Origin: an uncultured Chloroflexia bacterium | GTDB lineage: Bacteria; Chloroflexota; Limnocylindria; Limnocylindrales; CSP1-4 | NCBI GenBank assembly: GCA_963748625.1 | Contig: CAVVJT010000004.1 | Span: 128,001 to 192,000, forward strand | Length of the DNA stretch: 64,000 nt | Reading direction: 5' to 3' | In this document: in pieces, positions 46,671 through 56,388 of the stretch | How the letters are laid out: every line of letters starts with the position of its first letter | How positions within the stretch are numbered: position 1 is the first letter of the stretch | Translations under genes and position numbers: made by a program | The notes under the pieces: generated by a model | Databases searched by the model: none | Told to the model about the DNA's origin: nothing | The model's input: the letters and a program-made list of their open reading frames with translations, nothing else

Positions 46671-49600
46671 CTAGCGTGCCACGCTCGACGGACAGATCTC
46701 CCGGAAGGCGCAGTACGTGCACGCCATGTGGTCGGGCTTGGCCGAGAAGTCCCCGGCGCGGATCCCGGTGGCGGCCGTCTTGATGGACTCCCGCGCCTTC
46801 TCGATCCGCTTCGTGTCCACCGGCGTCGTCCCGACGAGGCCCGTGTCGAGGAAGTGGAGCGCGACTGCGTCCGGCAGGCGCCCGGTCGCCGCCTCGTAGC
46901 CCATCGCGTAGATCGAGAGCTGGAGGCTGTTCTTCGCCCGCTCCCTCGCCTTGGCCGGGTCCCGCACGTCCGACGACTTGTAGTCCGTGATCACGACCCG
47001 CTCGGCCGCCGCGAACAGCGTGGGCTCCACGACGTCCGCCCCCGATACCGACCGCACCCCGTGCAACGCAGGCTCAAGGGCGGTCGAGCCACCGGGCGCC
47101 CCCGCCGGGATGATGTCCACGCGGTCGTAGCGCCCGCGCACCCGGTCTCCGTCGAGCATGAAGCTGAACTCCCGCTCCACGAATGCCGGGATCACGGCGC
47201 CCGGCACCAGCTGCTCCTCGCGGAAGCGGCGCAGCGCGTCCCGGCCGGCGGCCAGGCGCGCCTCCTCGTGCTCGCGGGAGAGGAACCCGTCCGACGTCCA
47301 TGCCTGCTGGAACACGGCAACCAGCGCGTCCTCCGTCATCACCTCGCCGCGCTTGTGCCGGCGGTGGAACTCCGACACGGCCGCGTGGAGCGCCGAGCCG
47401 TAGATGATCGAGTGGTGCGGGGCCAGCGGCACGCGCAGGAGATGCGCGTACTTGTACTTTCGGGGGCAGGTCAGGTAGTCGTCGATCGCGTAGAAGGACA
47501 GCATCAGCGGCTCGCCACCGCGCGAGCGCGGCGCCACCGGGGACGGCGCGGTCCGCTCGTTCGCGGCCAGCCGCTCCAGGGGCGAGGCGGGCTTCGCTCC
47601 CGCACCGGCGGCACCCGCCGCCACGGGCAGGTCCAGCGCCTCGAGCACGAACGGTGACACCCGCCGCGCCCGCTGGCCGCCGTAGTCCGCGGCATGCGTG
47701 AGGAGCAGCTCATCGCGGGCCCGGGTCATGCCGACGTAGAAGAGACGGCGCTCCTCCTGGAGCTGGTAGTCGCCCTCGGGCAGCGTCTCCTTGACGAGCT
47801 CCACCGGCAGCGCGAGCGGCTCCCGGCGGCCCGTGGCCGGGAAGCGGCCAGTGATCAGGCCGGGCAGGTAGACCACCGGGAACTCGAGACCCTTCGCCTT
47901 GTGCACAGTCATGACCGCCACCGCCTCGGCGTCGGGATCGATGTCAGCCGTGGGCGGATCATCACCTGCCTGGATCAGCGTCTGGAGATGCCGGGCAACG
48001 AACACGGCCCGGTCGTCGGCGAGCAGGGCCGACTGCGCCCGCACGATGTCGAAGAAGCGCGCGATGTTGGAGAGCGCCTCCTCGTTGGCCACCGAGTCCG
48101 TCTCCGCGAGCCGCTTGAGCCAGCCGGTGCCCCGCAGAAACGCGTACAACACCTCGCCTGCCGAGCGCTCGTGCGCCATCTGGACATAGAGCCCGAGGTC
48201 CTCCACCAGCCTCGCGCCCGCGGCGCGCGTCTCGGGCGAGAGGCGCAGGATGCCCGGCTGGCGGGTGAGCTCCTCGAGGATCTCGTAGATGGACCGGTTC
48301 CGGCGGCGGGCCATGTTCACGACCCCGACCAGGTCCGTGCCGCCCAGGCCGTACAGCTCCGACGCGGCCAGCCCGTACACGTCCACCGACGATCCCAGGT
48401 CCGCGATCGCGCGCAGGAAGGCGAGCAGAAGCTTGACCTCCGGGCGGGAGTACAGACCCGACGTGCCGGAGAACCGCCACGGGACGGCCTCCAGGTTCAG
48501 CGAGCGCAGCACGGGGTCCGCCGCAGCATTTGAGCGGACGAGCACGGCCACGTCCCGCGGCGACGCCCCCTCGCGGATGCGCCGGGCGATGTCCGACGCG
48601 ATCCAGTCCGCCTCCTCGTGGCCGGTGGCGAACGCCTCGTGACGGACGGCGGGCGCGCCATTGGCCCCGCGCTCCGCGACCAGCTTCTTCACGATCCCGG
48701 CCCTGACCTCCAGGCGATCCGGGTCGTTGTGGCGGACGAGACGGTAGGCGGCATCCAGGATGGGAGCGCGCGAGCGGTAGTTGCGCCGCAAGACGACCAC
48801 CTTGGCGTTCTTGTAGCGCTCCCGGAACTCGAGGATGTTGCTGATGGCGGCACCGCGGAACTTGTAGATGGACTGGTCGTCGTCGCCCACGACCGTCACG
48901 TTGCGGTGCCGCTGGGCCACGAGCGCGACCAGCTCCGCCTGGGCGCGGTTGGTGTCCTGGAACTCGTCCACGAGCACGTGCCTGAACCGGCGCTGGACCT
49001 GGTCCCGGGCGGCCGGCGACTCCCGAAGCAGCCGGAGCGCCAGGGACACCTGGTCCCCGAAGTCGATGGACCCGTTCTCAGCCAGGAGCCGCTGGTAGGC
49101 CGCGTAGGCGCGGGCGAGCTCCCTGCGCTTGCGCCCCTCCTCGGCCAGCGCCGCCGTCGCGTCGCGCTCCTCGTCTGTGGCCGCATCCCCGGCCGCCTCC
49201 AGCGCCGCCGCCGCCGTGGCGGCCTGCCCCGACAGGTGCGCCGCGTGGGCCGCAAAGGCCTCCGGCGAGACATCCTCGTCCTTCGCCCTCGAGAACAGCG
49301 TGGCCAGGGCGTCCAGGAACTTCGTGGGGTCACCCAGCGGCCGGTACTCGTCCAGGCCCAGCTCGAAGATGTGCTCCGCGAGGAACACCACGGTCTCCGG
49401 GCGCGACAGCACGCGCACGTCCGACGGCAGCCCCAGCTCCAGCGCGAACTCCCGCACGAGCCGGTCACCGAACGCGTGGAACGTGGAGATGGCCGTGTCC
49501 GTGTAGCCGTACGGCACCAGCTGGTCCACGCGGACCTGCATCTCGTCCGCCGCCTGGTCCGTGAAGGTGAGGGCCAGGATCTCCGACGGGCGCGCCTGCT

Positions 49601-49847
49601 TGGACGCGATCAGCCAGGCGATGCGGCGCGTGATGACCTGGGTCTTGCCGGTCCCGGCGCCCGCGACCACGAGCAGCGGGCCATCTCCGTGGAGGACCGC
49701 CTTGCGCTGCTCCAGGTTCAGCCCGGCCAGCAGCTGCTCCATGCCGGCAGGCGCAGCAGGCTCGTCGAGGATGAGCGGCTCCCCGGTGTCCCACACGGGG
49801 ATCTGGACGAGCGGCTCCGGCTCGCCGCGGACGGCCTTGCGCCTCAC
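46671..49847 (-). CDS. UvrD/PcrA-type SF1 helicase fused to a PD-(D/E)XK nuclease with Fe-S cysteines (AdnB/AddA-like)
   Basis: AGAGTGKT, TFHAF, VDEFQDTN, GDDDQSIYKFRGA, NYRS, TVHKAKGLEF, EERRLFYVGMTRA; C-terminal CPRKY...GRYDRVD...DYKS...QL.IY...CTYCAFREIC. GTG start with AAGGAG SD. Confidence 0.9.
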   Translation of the reverse strand: MRRKAVRGEPEPLVQIPVWDTGEPLILDEPAAPAGMEQLLAGLNLEQRKAVLHGDGPLLVVAGAGTGKTQVITRRIAWLIASKQARPSEILALTFTDQAADEMQVRVDQLVPYGYTDTAISTFHAFGDRLVREFALELGLPSDVRVLSRPETVVFLAEHIFELGLDEYRPLGDPTKFLDALATLFSRAKDEDVSPEAFAAHAAHLSGQAATAAAALEAAGDAATDEERDATAALAEEGRKRRELARAYAAYQRLLAENGSIDFGDQVSLALRLLRESPAARDQVQRRFRHVLVDEFQDTNRAQAELVALVAQRHRNVTVVGDDDQSIYKFRGAAISNILEFRERYKNAKVVVLRRNYRSRAPILDAAYRLVRHNDPDRLEVRAGIVKKLVAERGANGAPAVRHEAFATGHEEADWIASDIARRIREGASPRDVAVLVRSNAAADPVLRSLNLEAVPWRFSGTSGLYSRPEVKLLLAFLRAIADLGSSVDVYGLAASELYGLGGTDLVGVVNMARRRNRSIYEILEELTRQPGILRLSPETRAAGARLVEDLGLYVQMAHERSAGEVLYAFLRGTGWLKRLAETDSVANEEALSNIARFFDIVRAQSALLADDRAVFVARHLQTLIQAGDDPPTADIDPDAEAVAVMTVHKAKGLEFPVVYLPGLITGRFPATGRREPLALPVELVKETLPEGDYQLQEERRLFYVGMTRARDELLLTHAADYGGQRARRVSPFVLEALDLPVAAGAAGAGAKPASPLERLAANERTAPSPVAPRSRGGEPLMLSFYAIDDYLTCPRKYKYAHLLRVPLAPHHSIIYGSALHAAVSEFHRRHKRGEVMTEDALVAVFQQAWTSDGFLSREHEEARLAAGRDALRRFREEQLVPGAVIPAFVEREFSFMLDGDRVRGRYDRVDIIPAGAPGGSTALEPALHGVRSVSGADVVEPTLFAAAERVVITDYKSSDVRDPAKARERAKNSLQLSIYAMGYEAATGRLPDAVALHFLDTGLVGTTPVDTKRIEKARESIKTAATGIRAGDFSAKPDHMACTYCAFREICPSSVAR

Positions 49848-50007
49848 GGGACGCTCCTTGCACTGCGGGCGGGCAGGGCTGGGCTGGCGGGCAGAGCTTG
49901 GGGTGGGGCCGGCGGCGTCCGGCGAATGAGGAGCTCGAGGTGGTCTGGACACGCGCCCAGCGTGGCGTGGACCCGTGCCAGCTCCGGTGTCACGGGTCGC
50001 ATGCGGA

Positions 50008-50526
50008 TCAGGCCTTCGCCGCTCCCGCGCCCGACGCGAGCGCGATCTTGAGCGCCTCCTCCTCCTCGCTCGACATGGCGGTGTCGCAACGGCCGGCGAT
50101 GATCGCCTTCGCGTACATGCGCGTGCCGTTGCGCGAGTGGAGGCTGCTCACGATGAGCCCGTCCGCGTCCTGGTCCAGCAACGCCAGCGCAAAGCTCTGG
50201 TTGCCACCGGTGTCCTCGAACGGGTTGAACCGCACCAGGCCGACCTTCTGGAAAGCCTTGCGCTGGATCCGTGCGAGGTCCGCCGCCTTCGTGGTCAGCT
50301 CGTCGACGTCCCGGTTGAGGGCATACACGCGCTCGAGGTGTGAGCCCAGGATCGACTCCAGGCTGGTCCCGTCCTCGCCGCGCGTCAGGCCCTGCAGCCG
50401 CTTGTCCAACTTCGCCGTCCGGCGGGCAAGCAGCAGCACGGCCACCGCAAGCACGATGCAGACAAATCCGAGCACGCCGAGCACGAGGCCGGGCGAGGTC
50501 GTCATGAGCTGGTCGAGGGCGTCCAA
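50008..50526 (-). CDS. DUF4446-family membrane-anchored protein
   Basis: TM plus coiled coil, then KVGLVRFNPFEDTGGNQSFALALLD...SSLHSR...YAK...SEEEEEA. Confidence 0.8.
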   Translation of the reverse strand: MDALDQLMTTSPGLVLGVLGFVCIVLAVAVLLLARRTAKLDKRLQGLTRGEDGTSLESILGSHLERVYALNRDVDELTTKAADLARIQRKAFQKVGLVRFNPFEDTGGNQSFALALLDQDADGLIVSSLHSRNGTRMYAKAIIAGRCDTAMSSEEEEALKIALASGAGAAKA

Positions 50527-50678
50527 GAAGCGTCTCCGTGTGGGGCGCCGCCGAGTCTACCAGCAGCCCCTCATGCGCCTCCCTCCGCCTCCGTCCACCT
50601 CCCTCCGCCCGGCCGGTGTATCCTCCCGGCCGACGCCGCGCGCGCGGCCCGAACCACCAGGAGGCCCCGAACCCCGTC

Positions 50679-51071
50679 ATGGCGAAGCGAGCACGCGGCA
50701 GCGTCCGTCCCGGCCAGCGTCGGCCGATCGACAAGCGTCCGGCCGCCCCCGCCACCCCCGCGGCGGCCCCGGCCCCCAAGCCCACGGGTCTCTCGGAGGC
50801 CGAGCTCGCTCGCGCCGCCGAGCTCGAGGCAGAGATGGTCGCGCAGGAGCGCGCCCTCGAGGACACGCGCAAGCGGACCAAGGAGCGCGCGACTGCCAGC
50901 CGCGAGTACGTCCCCGTCTCCGCCGCCGGCTTCGCCGCCGCCGAGGCGAAGGAGTACGCCTACGTCGCGCGCGACGTGAAGCGCATCCTGCGCGTCGCGG
51001 GCCTGGAGCTCGCGATCCTCGCGGTGCTCTACGTCCTCATCGACGTCGTCGGGGTCGTCAAGATCGGCTGA
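50679..51071 (+). CDS. Small basic protein with a C-terminal TM (EYAYVARDVKRI motif)
   Basis: AGGAGG upstream; typical codon usage. Confidence 0.7.
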   Translation: MAKRARGSVRPGQRRPIDKRPAAPATPAAAPAPKPTGLSEAELARAAELEAEMVAQERALEDTRKRTKERATASREYVPVSAAGFAAAEAKEYAYVARDVKRILRVAGLELAILAVLYVLIDVVGVVKIG

Positions 51072-51132
51072 GCCGCTCTCGGGCGCGCCGGGGACAGGCC
51101 CGGACGGGGGTCCGGCAACCCAGCAGGGAGCC

Positions 51133-52365
51133 GTGTTCCAGGATCTCGACAGCACGACGGAGACAGCCCGACGGCACATGCCGCTCGCCGCGCGCCTGCG
51201 CCCGGCGACGCTCGCCGACGTCGTCGGCCAGCGGCACATCCTGGGTCCCGAGGGCCCCCTCACCCGCTGGATCGCCACCGGCCGCCTGCCGGCCCTCGTC
51301 CTGTGGGGCCCACCCGGGTCAGGCAAGACGACCCTCGGGCGCCTGCTCGCAGCCGAGCTGCACCTCGGCTACCTGACCCTCGACGCCACGGCCGAAGGCC
51401 TCCCCGACCTCCGCCGCCGCATGGCCGAGGCTGACACGATCCGCGCCACGTCCGGGCGCGCACCGATCCTGTTCGTGGACGAGCTCCACCGGCTCGCGAA
51501 GAACCAGCAGGACGGCCTGCTCGCAGCCGTGGAGAACGGGCGGATCACGCTCGTCGCCGCCACGACCGAGCCGCCGATGGCAGGCGCGGTGATCGCCCCC
51601 CTGCTGTCGCGGATGACCGTGCTGCGGCTGCAGCCCCTGTCCGAAGGCGACCTGGGCGTGCTCCTTGACCGGGGTCTCGCCGCCTATGCCGAGGAAGGCC
51701 GCGCGATCACGCCCGACGACGACGCGCGGCGAAACCTGCTGGGGCTGGCGGCCGGTGACGGGCGGCGCCTGCTCTCGCTGCTCGAGGGCGCGATCACGCT
51801 CCTCCCGCCCGATGCCGGGGTGCTCGATGCGCACGCCGTCATGGCGGCCGCACAGTCCAGGACAGCGCCGTACGACCGGTCGGGGGCGGTGTCGGCCATG
51901 ATCAAGTCGATCCGCGGCGGGGACGAGGAGGCCGCACTCTACTGGCTCGCGGTCCAGCTGGCCGCCGGCGACGATGGCCGCCACGCGGCGCGGCGCCTGG
52001 TCGTGGCCGCCGGCGAGGAGGTCGGTGCGGCCGATCCGATGGCCCTGCCGATGGCCGTGGCGGCCCTCGACGCCACCGAGCGGGTCGGCATGCCCGAGGC
52101 GCACTACCCGCTTGCCGCCACCGTGGCCTACCTGTGCCGGACAGGCCGCGACTGGTGGCCCGGGGCCGCGCTCCACCGGGCAGTGGAGCTGGTGCAGGCC
52201 GAAGGCCCGGACCCTGTCCCACCGCATCTGCGACCCGCAGCAAAGACCTATCGCCACCCGTCCGAGGAACCGCCGGAGAAGCATCGCCAGCAGTACCGCC
52301 CGAAGCGTCGCGATCCCGGCTTCCTGGGCGAACGGCCGATGCACCGGCCGCCCCGCGCCGACTGA
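51133..52365 (+). CDS. rarA: Replication-associated recombination protein A (RarA/MgsA), divergent
   Basis: PLAARLRP...VVGQ.H, LWGPPGSGKTT, FVDELHR...QQD.LL, LLSR, KSIRG, VGMPEA, VPPHLR. Confidence 0.85.
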   Translation: MFQDLDSTTETARRHMPLAARLRPATLADVVGQRHILGPEGPLTRWIATGRLPALVLWGPPGSGKTTLGRLLAAELHLGYLTLDATAEGLPDLRRRMAEADTIRATSGRAPILFVDELHRLAKNQQDGLLAAVENGRITLVAATTEPPMAGAVIAPLLSRMTVLRLQPLSEGDLGVLLDRGLAAYAEEGRAITPDDDARRNLLGLAAGDGRRLLSLLEGAITLLPPDAGVLDAHAVMAAAQSRTAPYDRSGAVSAMIKSIRGGDEEAALYWLAVQLAAGDDGRHAARRLVVAAGEEVGAADPMALPMAVAALDATERVGMPEAHYPLAATVAYLCRTGRDWWPGAALHRAVELVQAEGPDPVPPHLRPAAKTYRHPSEEPPEKHRQQYRPKRRDPGFLGERPMHRPPRAD

Positions 52366-52382
52366 GAGCGAGAAGGGGGCGC

Positions 52383-53744
52383 ATGACCGCGATCCGGGCG
52401 ATGCTCGACAGCTTCCTTCCGCGGGGCGCCATCCTGCTGGGCGTCCTGACCTTCGCGAGCTACTTCGCGGGTCTCGTGCGCGATCGGATCTTCGCGCGCA
52501 CCTACGGCGCCGGCATTGATCTCGACGCCTACAACGCCGCCTTCGTCCTGCCCGAGCTCGCCCTCGACGTCCTCGTCGCGGCCGGGCTCACGGCGCCGTT
52601 CGTGCCCGTCTTCAGCTCGCTGCGCCGCGAGGGTCAGGATCCCGATGCCGCGTCGCGGTTCGCGCAGACCGTGCTCACGCTCGCGGTCCTGGTGATGGGG
52701 GCCACGAGCCTTGTCCTGCTGCTCATCGCACCGTGGACGGTGGAGGTCATCGCCCCGGGGTTCGACGAGGCCGCGACTGCGCGCTATCTCGAGCTGTTCC
52801 AGCTGATGCTAGCCACGCCGGTGATCTTCGCGGTCTCGATCACGCTGGGCGAGATCCTCATCGCCGAGCGCCGGTTCCTGTTCTATGCGCTGGCCCCGAT
52901 CCTCTACAACCTCGGCATCGTGGCCGGCACCCTTCTGTTCCACGAGCAGATCGGGATCAAGGCCGCGGCGGTCGGCGCCGTGATGGGCGCCCTGGCGCAC
53001 TTGGGCATCCGGCTCATCGGCATGATCCGGAGCAGCGTCCGCCTGCGGCCCAGGCTCGACCTGCGGACGGCGGCGCTCAAGGAGTTCATCCTGCTGATGC
53101 TGCCCAAGATGCTCAGCCACCCCATCGAGCCGCTGACGTTCATGTTCTTCACCGCGGTGGCCACCACGCTCGCCGCCGGCAGCGTGTCGTCGGTGTCCTT
53201 CGCCCGCAACTTCCAGAGCGTGCCTGTGGCGCTGATCGGCTCGTCCATCGCGCTGGCCGCCTTTCCCGCGCTGTCGGCGGCATGGGCCGCAGGCGACCGG
53301 GCGGGCTTCCGGCGCCAGGTGCGCACCAGTGCCATCACGATCGGGGTGTTCGCCACGGCCGCGGCCATCGGCCTCGCGATCGTGGGGGAGATGGCGATCT
53401 CCGTGCTGCTGGGCGGCGGCGCCTTCGACGCGGAGGACGTGGCCACCACGGCGGCCGTGCTCGCGGCATTCTGCCTTGCGGTCCCGTTCGACGCCATGGG
53501 CCACCTCGTCGCGCGGGGGTTGTACGCCACCCACAACACGATTCTCCCGGTCCTCGCCTCGATCACCGGGTTCGGCGTGACCGTGGCGGTGACACTGCTC
53601 CTCGTGGAGCCGGTGGGGATCGTCGCCATCCCGCTGGGCTTCGCGGCGGGAACGGCCGTGAAGGTGCTGCTCCAGGGCGCGGCGCTCACCTGGCGACTGG
53701 GGCGACCGCACCCCGAGGCGGGCGAACCGGGTGGCTGGGACTGA
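52383..53744 (+). CDS. murJ: Second MurJ/MviN-family flippase (shorter)
   Basis: GLVRDRIFA, DAYNAAF.LPE, APILYNLG, ARGLYATHNT. Confidence 0.82.
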   Translation: MTAIRAMLDSFLPRGAILLGVLTFASYFAGLVRDRIFARTYGAGIDLDAYNAAFVLPELALDVLVAAGLTAPFVPVFSSLRREGQDPDAASRFAQTVLTLAVLVMGATSLVLLLIAPWTVEVIAPGFDEAATARYLELFQLMLATPVIFAVSITLGEILIAERRFLFYALAPILYNLGIVAGTLLFHEQIGIKAAAVGAVMGALAHLGIRLIGMIRSSVRLRPRLDLRTAALKEFILLMLPKMLSHPIEPLTFMFFTAVATTLAAGSVSSVSFARNFQSVPVALIGSSIALAAFPALSAAWAAGDRAGFRRQVRTSAITIGVFATAAAIGLAIVGEMAISVLLGGGAFDAEDVATTAAVLAAFCLAVPFDAMGHLVARGLYATHNTILPVLASITGFGVTVAVTLLLVEPVGIVAIPLGFAAGTAVKVLLQGAALTWRLGRPHPEAGEPGGWD

Positions 53745-53753
53745 GGCCCCGCC

Positions 53754-54668
53754 TTACGGGTTGCGCGGCTGCGTGGGCACGACGGCCACGAACTTCCCGT
53801 CACGCGTGGGGTAGCTGCCCTCCGGGCGCTCCCACGGCAGGTAGTTGCGGCGCATCTCATCGGCGTCCTGGAACGTGCCGGGCGGATCCGACGGACCCCA
53901 GATGGAGGACACCCTCGGGTACCAGGGATCAAGGATGTACGTGCCCGAGATCCTCGCGTCATCGAAGAGGAGTGGATCCGCATCGGCCTTGAAGCCGGTC
54001 ATCACCCACGTGTGGGCGCCACGCCAGGTGAGCAGCACCGCAGGTGCGCGGTAGAGCTGGATCGCCTTCGCGGCGTCGTGGAGCGCCTGCTGGCGGGTGT
54101 CGTAGACGCGGACCTTGTAGCCCTCCACGCCGTAGGCCTCGAGCGCCTTGGCGATCGCCGCCGGACCCCAGTCCCCGTTCTTGCTGTCCCGCCGGCTCTC
54201 CCACTCCCCGATACGCGAGGCGAGCTCCTTCTGGAACGCATCGGTGAGGGGCGCCGCATCATGTGCCGCAAGGACCATCTGCGTGCCGGCGACCGCGCAC
54301 CACTCGTGGTCGAGCTCGCTGATGAAGCGCTTCGCGGGATTCTTGTACAGGTCCACATCCACGGGCTTGCGCTCGGGCGGCGGCGTGGGCTGGGGCGTGG
54401 GGGCGGGCGTCTGCCCGGGTGCGAGCGTCGGGGTGGCGTCGGGCACGGCCGACGGGGGTGGCGTGACGACCTCCTCCTCGTCGAGGGGCCGGTCAGGCGG
54501 CGGGTTCAGGGCGAGGTCGATCCTCCTGACCAGCGACTCGGCGCGATCACCCATCCCGAAGGCGTTGGTGACCAGGACGGTCCCCGCCAGGACGGAGCCC
54601 GCCAGCAGCACCAGCACAATGCCGCCGAGCAAGGGACCGGGACGTCGGGGGCGGGAGCGGGTGGACAC
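53754..54668 (-). CDS. Membrane-anchored papain-like (C39-type) cysteine peptidase domain protein
   Basis: N-terminal TM and P/T linker; putative triad WCAVAG...AHTWVMTG...ILDPWY. Confidence 0.65.
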   Translation of the reverse strand: MSTRSRPRRPGPLLGGIVLVLLAGSVLAGTVLVTNAFGMGDRAESLVRRIDLALNPPPDRPLDEEEVVTPPPSAVPDATPTLAPGQTPAPTPQPTPPPERKPVDVDLYKNPAKRFISELDHEWCAVAGTQMVLAAHDAAPLTDAFQKELASRIGEWESRRDSKNGDWGPAAIAKALEAYGVEGYKVRVYDTRQQALHDAAKAIQLYRAPAVLLTWRGAHTWVMTGFKADADPLLFDDARISGTYILDPWYPRVSSIWGPSDPPGTFQDADEMRRNYLPWERPEGSYPTRDGKFVAVVPTQPRNP

Positions 54669-54730
54669 GGCTACTCCTGGCTGCGGTCGAGCAAGGACGC
54701 CCGGGCCGGAGCCTGTGCGACGCGGCCGGG

Positions 54731-55030
54731 TCAGCCGGCCTTCGGGGCGCCCCGGGCCGGCAACGGGCCGGTCGAGATGTAGATGGTCCGGCCGCGGATC
54801 GCCATGCTCGTGCCGGGCCGATGGCGGGCGATGGCCCGCTTCACGGCGAGGCGCATCGTGGGCACCTTCTCAGCGGGGTCGAGCTCGAGCGCCAGGACCT
54901 GGTCGTCGCTCTTGAGGGAGTCGAGCGCCTCGCAGATCTCCTCCTCGCGCTGCATGGCGGCGAGCTGGCGGGCGGAGAGGGCGCGCTGGGCGGGTGCGAG
55001 CTCCTCGATCTTCGCGGGGCGAATGCGCAT
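54731..55030 (-). CDS. Small basic hypothetical protein
   Basis: MRIRPAKIEEL...TIYISTG; AGGAG SD before ATG 55030. Confidence 0.7.
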   Translation of the reverse strand: MRIRPAKIEELAPAQRALSARQLAAMQREEEICEALDSLKSDDQVLALELDPAEKVPTMRLAVKRAIARHRPGTSMAIRGRTIYISTGPLPARGAPKAG

Positions 55031-55237
55031 CTGGGGCTCCTGGAGGTGACCGGTCACTGATCTGTGGCGCGATGATGCCACGCCGGAGTCGCCACTGGGC
55101 ACATGAGCTCCCGGCAAGGTTGCGCTTCGCATGCCGTTGGGAGACCACGCGGCTGCGGGGTACGCAGGCGGGCGACGGCGCTCTATGCTCTGCGCCATCG
55201 AGGACGGGCGCGCTGGCGCCCGCTAGGGAGGTCACAG

Positions 55238-56005
55238 ATGACGGATCCCACCGGGGGCGTTCCGAACCAGGGTGCGCCGGTCCCGCCGCCCGCCGCGCCG
55301 GTCCCGCCGGTCGCGCCGGTCCCGCCGCCGGTCCAGGGTGGCTACGAGGCGCCGCCGCCTGTCCAGGGTGGCTACCAGGCGCCGCCGCCCGTCGCGCCGG
55401 TGCCGCCGCCCGTCGCGCCGGTGCCGCCGCCTGTCCAGGGCGGCTTCCAGGCGCCGCCGCAGGGTGCGCCCACCTACGCCGCGCCGCAGTTCCAGCAGGC
55501 CCCCGTGGCCGCAGGCCCGGCACCGGGCATCGCCTACGCGGACATCGTGCCCAGGATCATCGCCCTCGTCATCGACGGCCTGATCCTGTTCATCCCGTTC
55601 TTCGTCATCTCGGCGGTCCTCGGCGCCATCCTGGGCGGCTTCGGCGCATTCCTTGCCTCGCTGGCGCTCGCTGCGGCATCCGCCGGCTACTTCGTCTACA
55701 CCTGGACGACGATGCGGGCGACCTACGGCCAGAAGTTCCAGAAGCTCGAGTGCGTCAGTGCCGCCGACGGCGCCACGCTCACCCAGCCGCAGGCGATCCG
55801 GCGCTGGGCCTTCCTGTTCGGCCCCAATGCACTGGTCACCGTAATCGCGAACTTCCCGATCTGGGCGATCGCGGCCCTCGGGTCCCTGCTGGGCCTCGTC
55901 GCGTTCGGCTACGCGATCTACCTGCTGTGGACAACGTCCCAGAGCCAGAAGCGCCAGGGGTTCCACGACCTGCAGGCGGGCACGGTGGTTGTCAAGCACA
56001 TCTAG
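55238..56005 (+). CDS. RDD-family membrane protein with a Pro-rich N-terminus
   Basis: YADIVPRIIALVIDG, TYGQK, QAIRRW, RQGFHD...GTVVVK; GGAGG SD. Confidence 0.88.
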   Translation: MTDPTGGVPNQGAPVPPPAAPVPPVAPVPPPVQGGYEAPPPVQGGYQAPPPVAPVPPPVAPVPPPVQGGFQAPPQGAPTYAAPQFQQAPVAAGPAPGIAYADIVPRIIALVIDGLILFIPFFVISAVLGAILGGFGAFLASLALAAASAGYFVYTWTTMRATYGQKFQKLECVSAADGATLTQPQAIRRWAFLFGPNALVTVIANFPIWAIAALGSLLGLVAFGYAIYLLWTTSQSQKRQGFHDLQAGTVVVKHI

Positions 56006-56030
56006 CACACCACCCGAACAGCGCAACGCC

Positions 56031-56062
56031 GAGAACGGGGCCGGGCAACCGGTCCCGTTCTC
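56031..56062 (+). terminator. Hairpin downstream of the RDD gene
   Basis: GAGAACGGGGCCGG-GCAA-CCGGTCCCGTTCTC. Confidence 0.65.
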
Positions 56063-56188
56063 GATTCCGCGGGACGGGCCGGCCGGACGTCAGGCCGTTC
56101 GGCCACACCGAGCGCTTTCGACAGGGAGGCCATGTCCCGCGCGACCGGGGCGAGCAGCACGACAGGCGATCGGCCAGTACGACCCCTC

Positions 56189-56250
56189 GGCGCCCGGTGG
56201 CGCCTGGTGGCGCCCGGTGGCGCCCCAGGCGCCCCAGCGGCGCCCCAGGC
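56189..56250. repeat. Degenerate tandem repeat with a GGCGCC core
   Basis: GGCGCCYGGT x3 followed by GGCGCCCCA x3. Confidence 0.6.
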
Positions 56251-56388
56251 ATTGGGGAATTGCGAGGCTCCACGCTGGGCTGGAGGCCCAGACTGTCGAT
56301 CCGTGGGTTGATCCTTGTGGGCCGCGGCCCGTTTCACCCCCTGGCTGGGGGGACAGCCCCGGCCGGGGCAGCGACTCCGCACCACTCC

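Noticed and set aside
55080-55150. Cobalamin riboswitch (GCCACTG...GGCAAGG...GGAGACC resemblance)
   Set aside because: The conserved 5' core is missing and the flanking genes are unrelated to B12.
56320-56345. tmRNA 5' end (GGGGGTGAAACGG on the minus strand)
   Set aside because: Not followed by the expected TCGAC, and I found no matching T-arm/CCA 3' end at a suitable distance.
56002-56385. Minus-strand 127-aa ORF downstream of vapC
   Set aside because: Crosses a terminator hairpin and a tandem repeat, has atypical composition and no motif; probably not coding.
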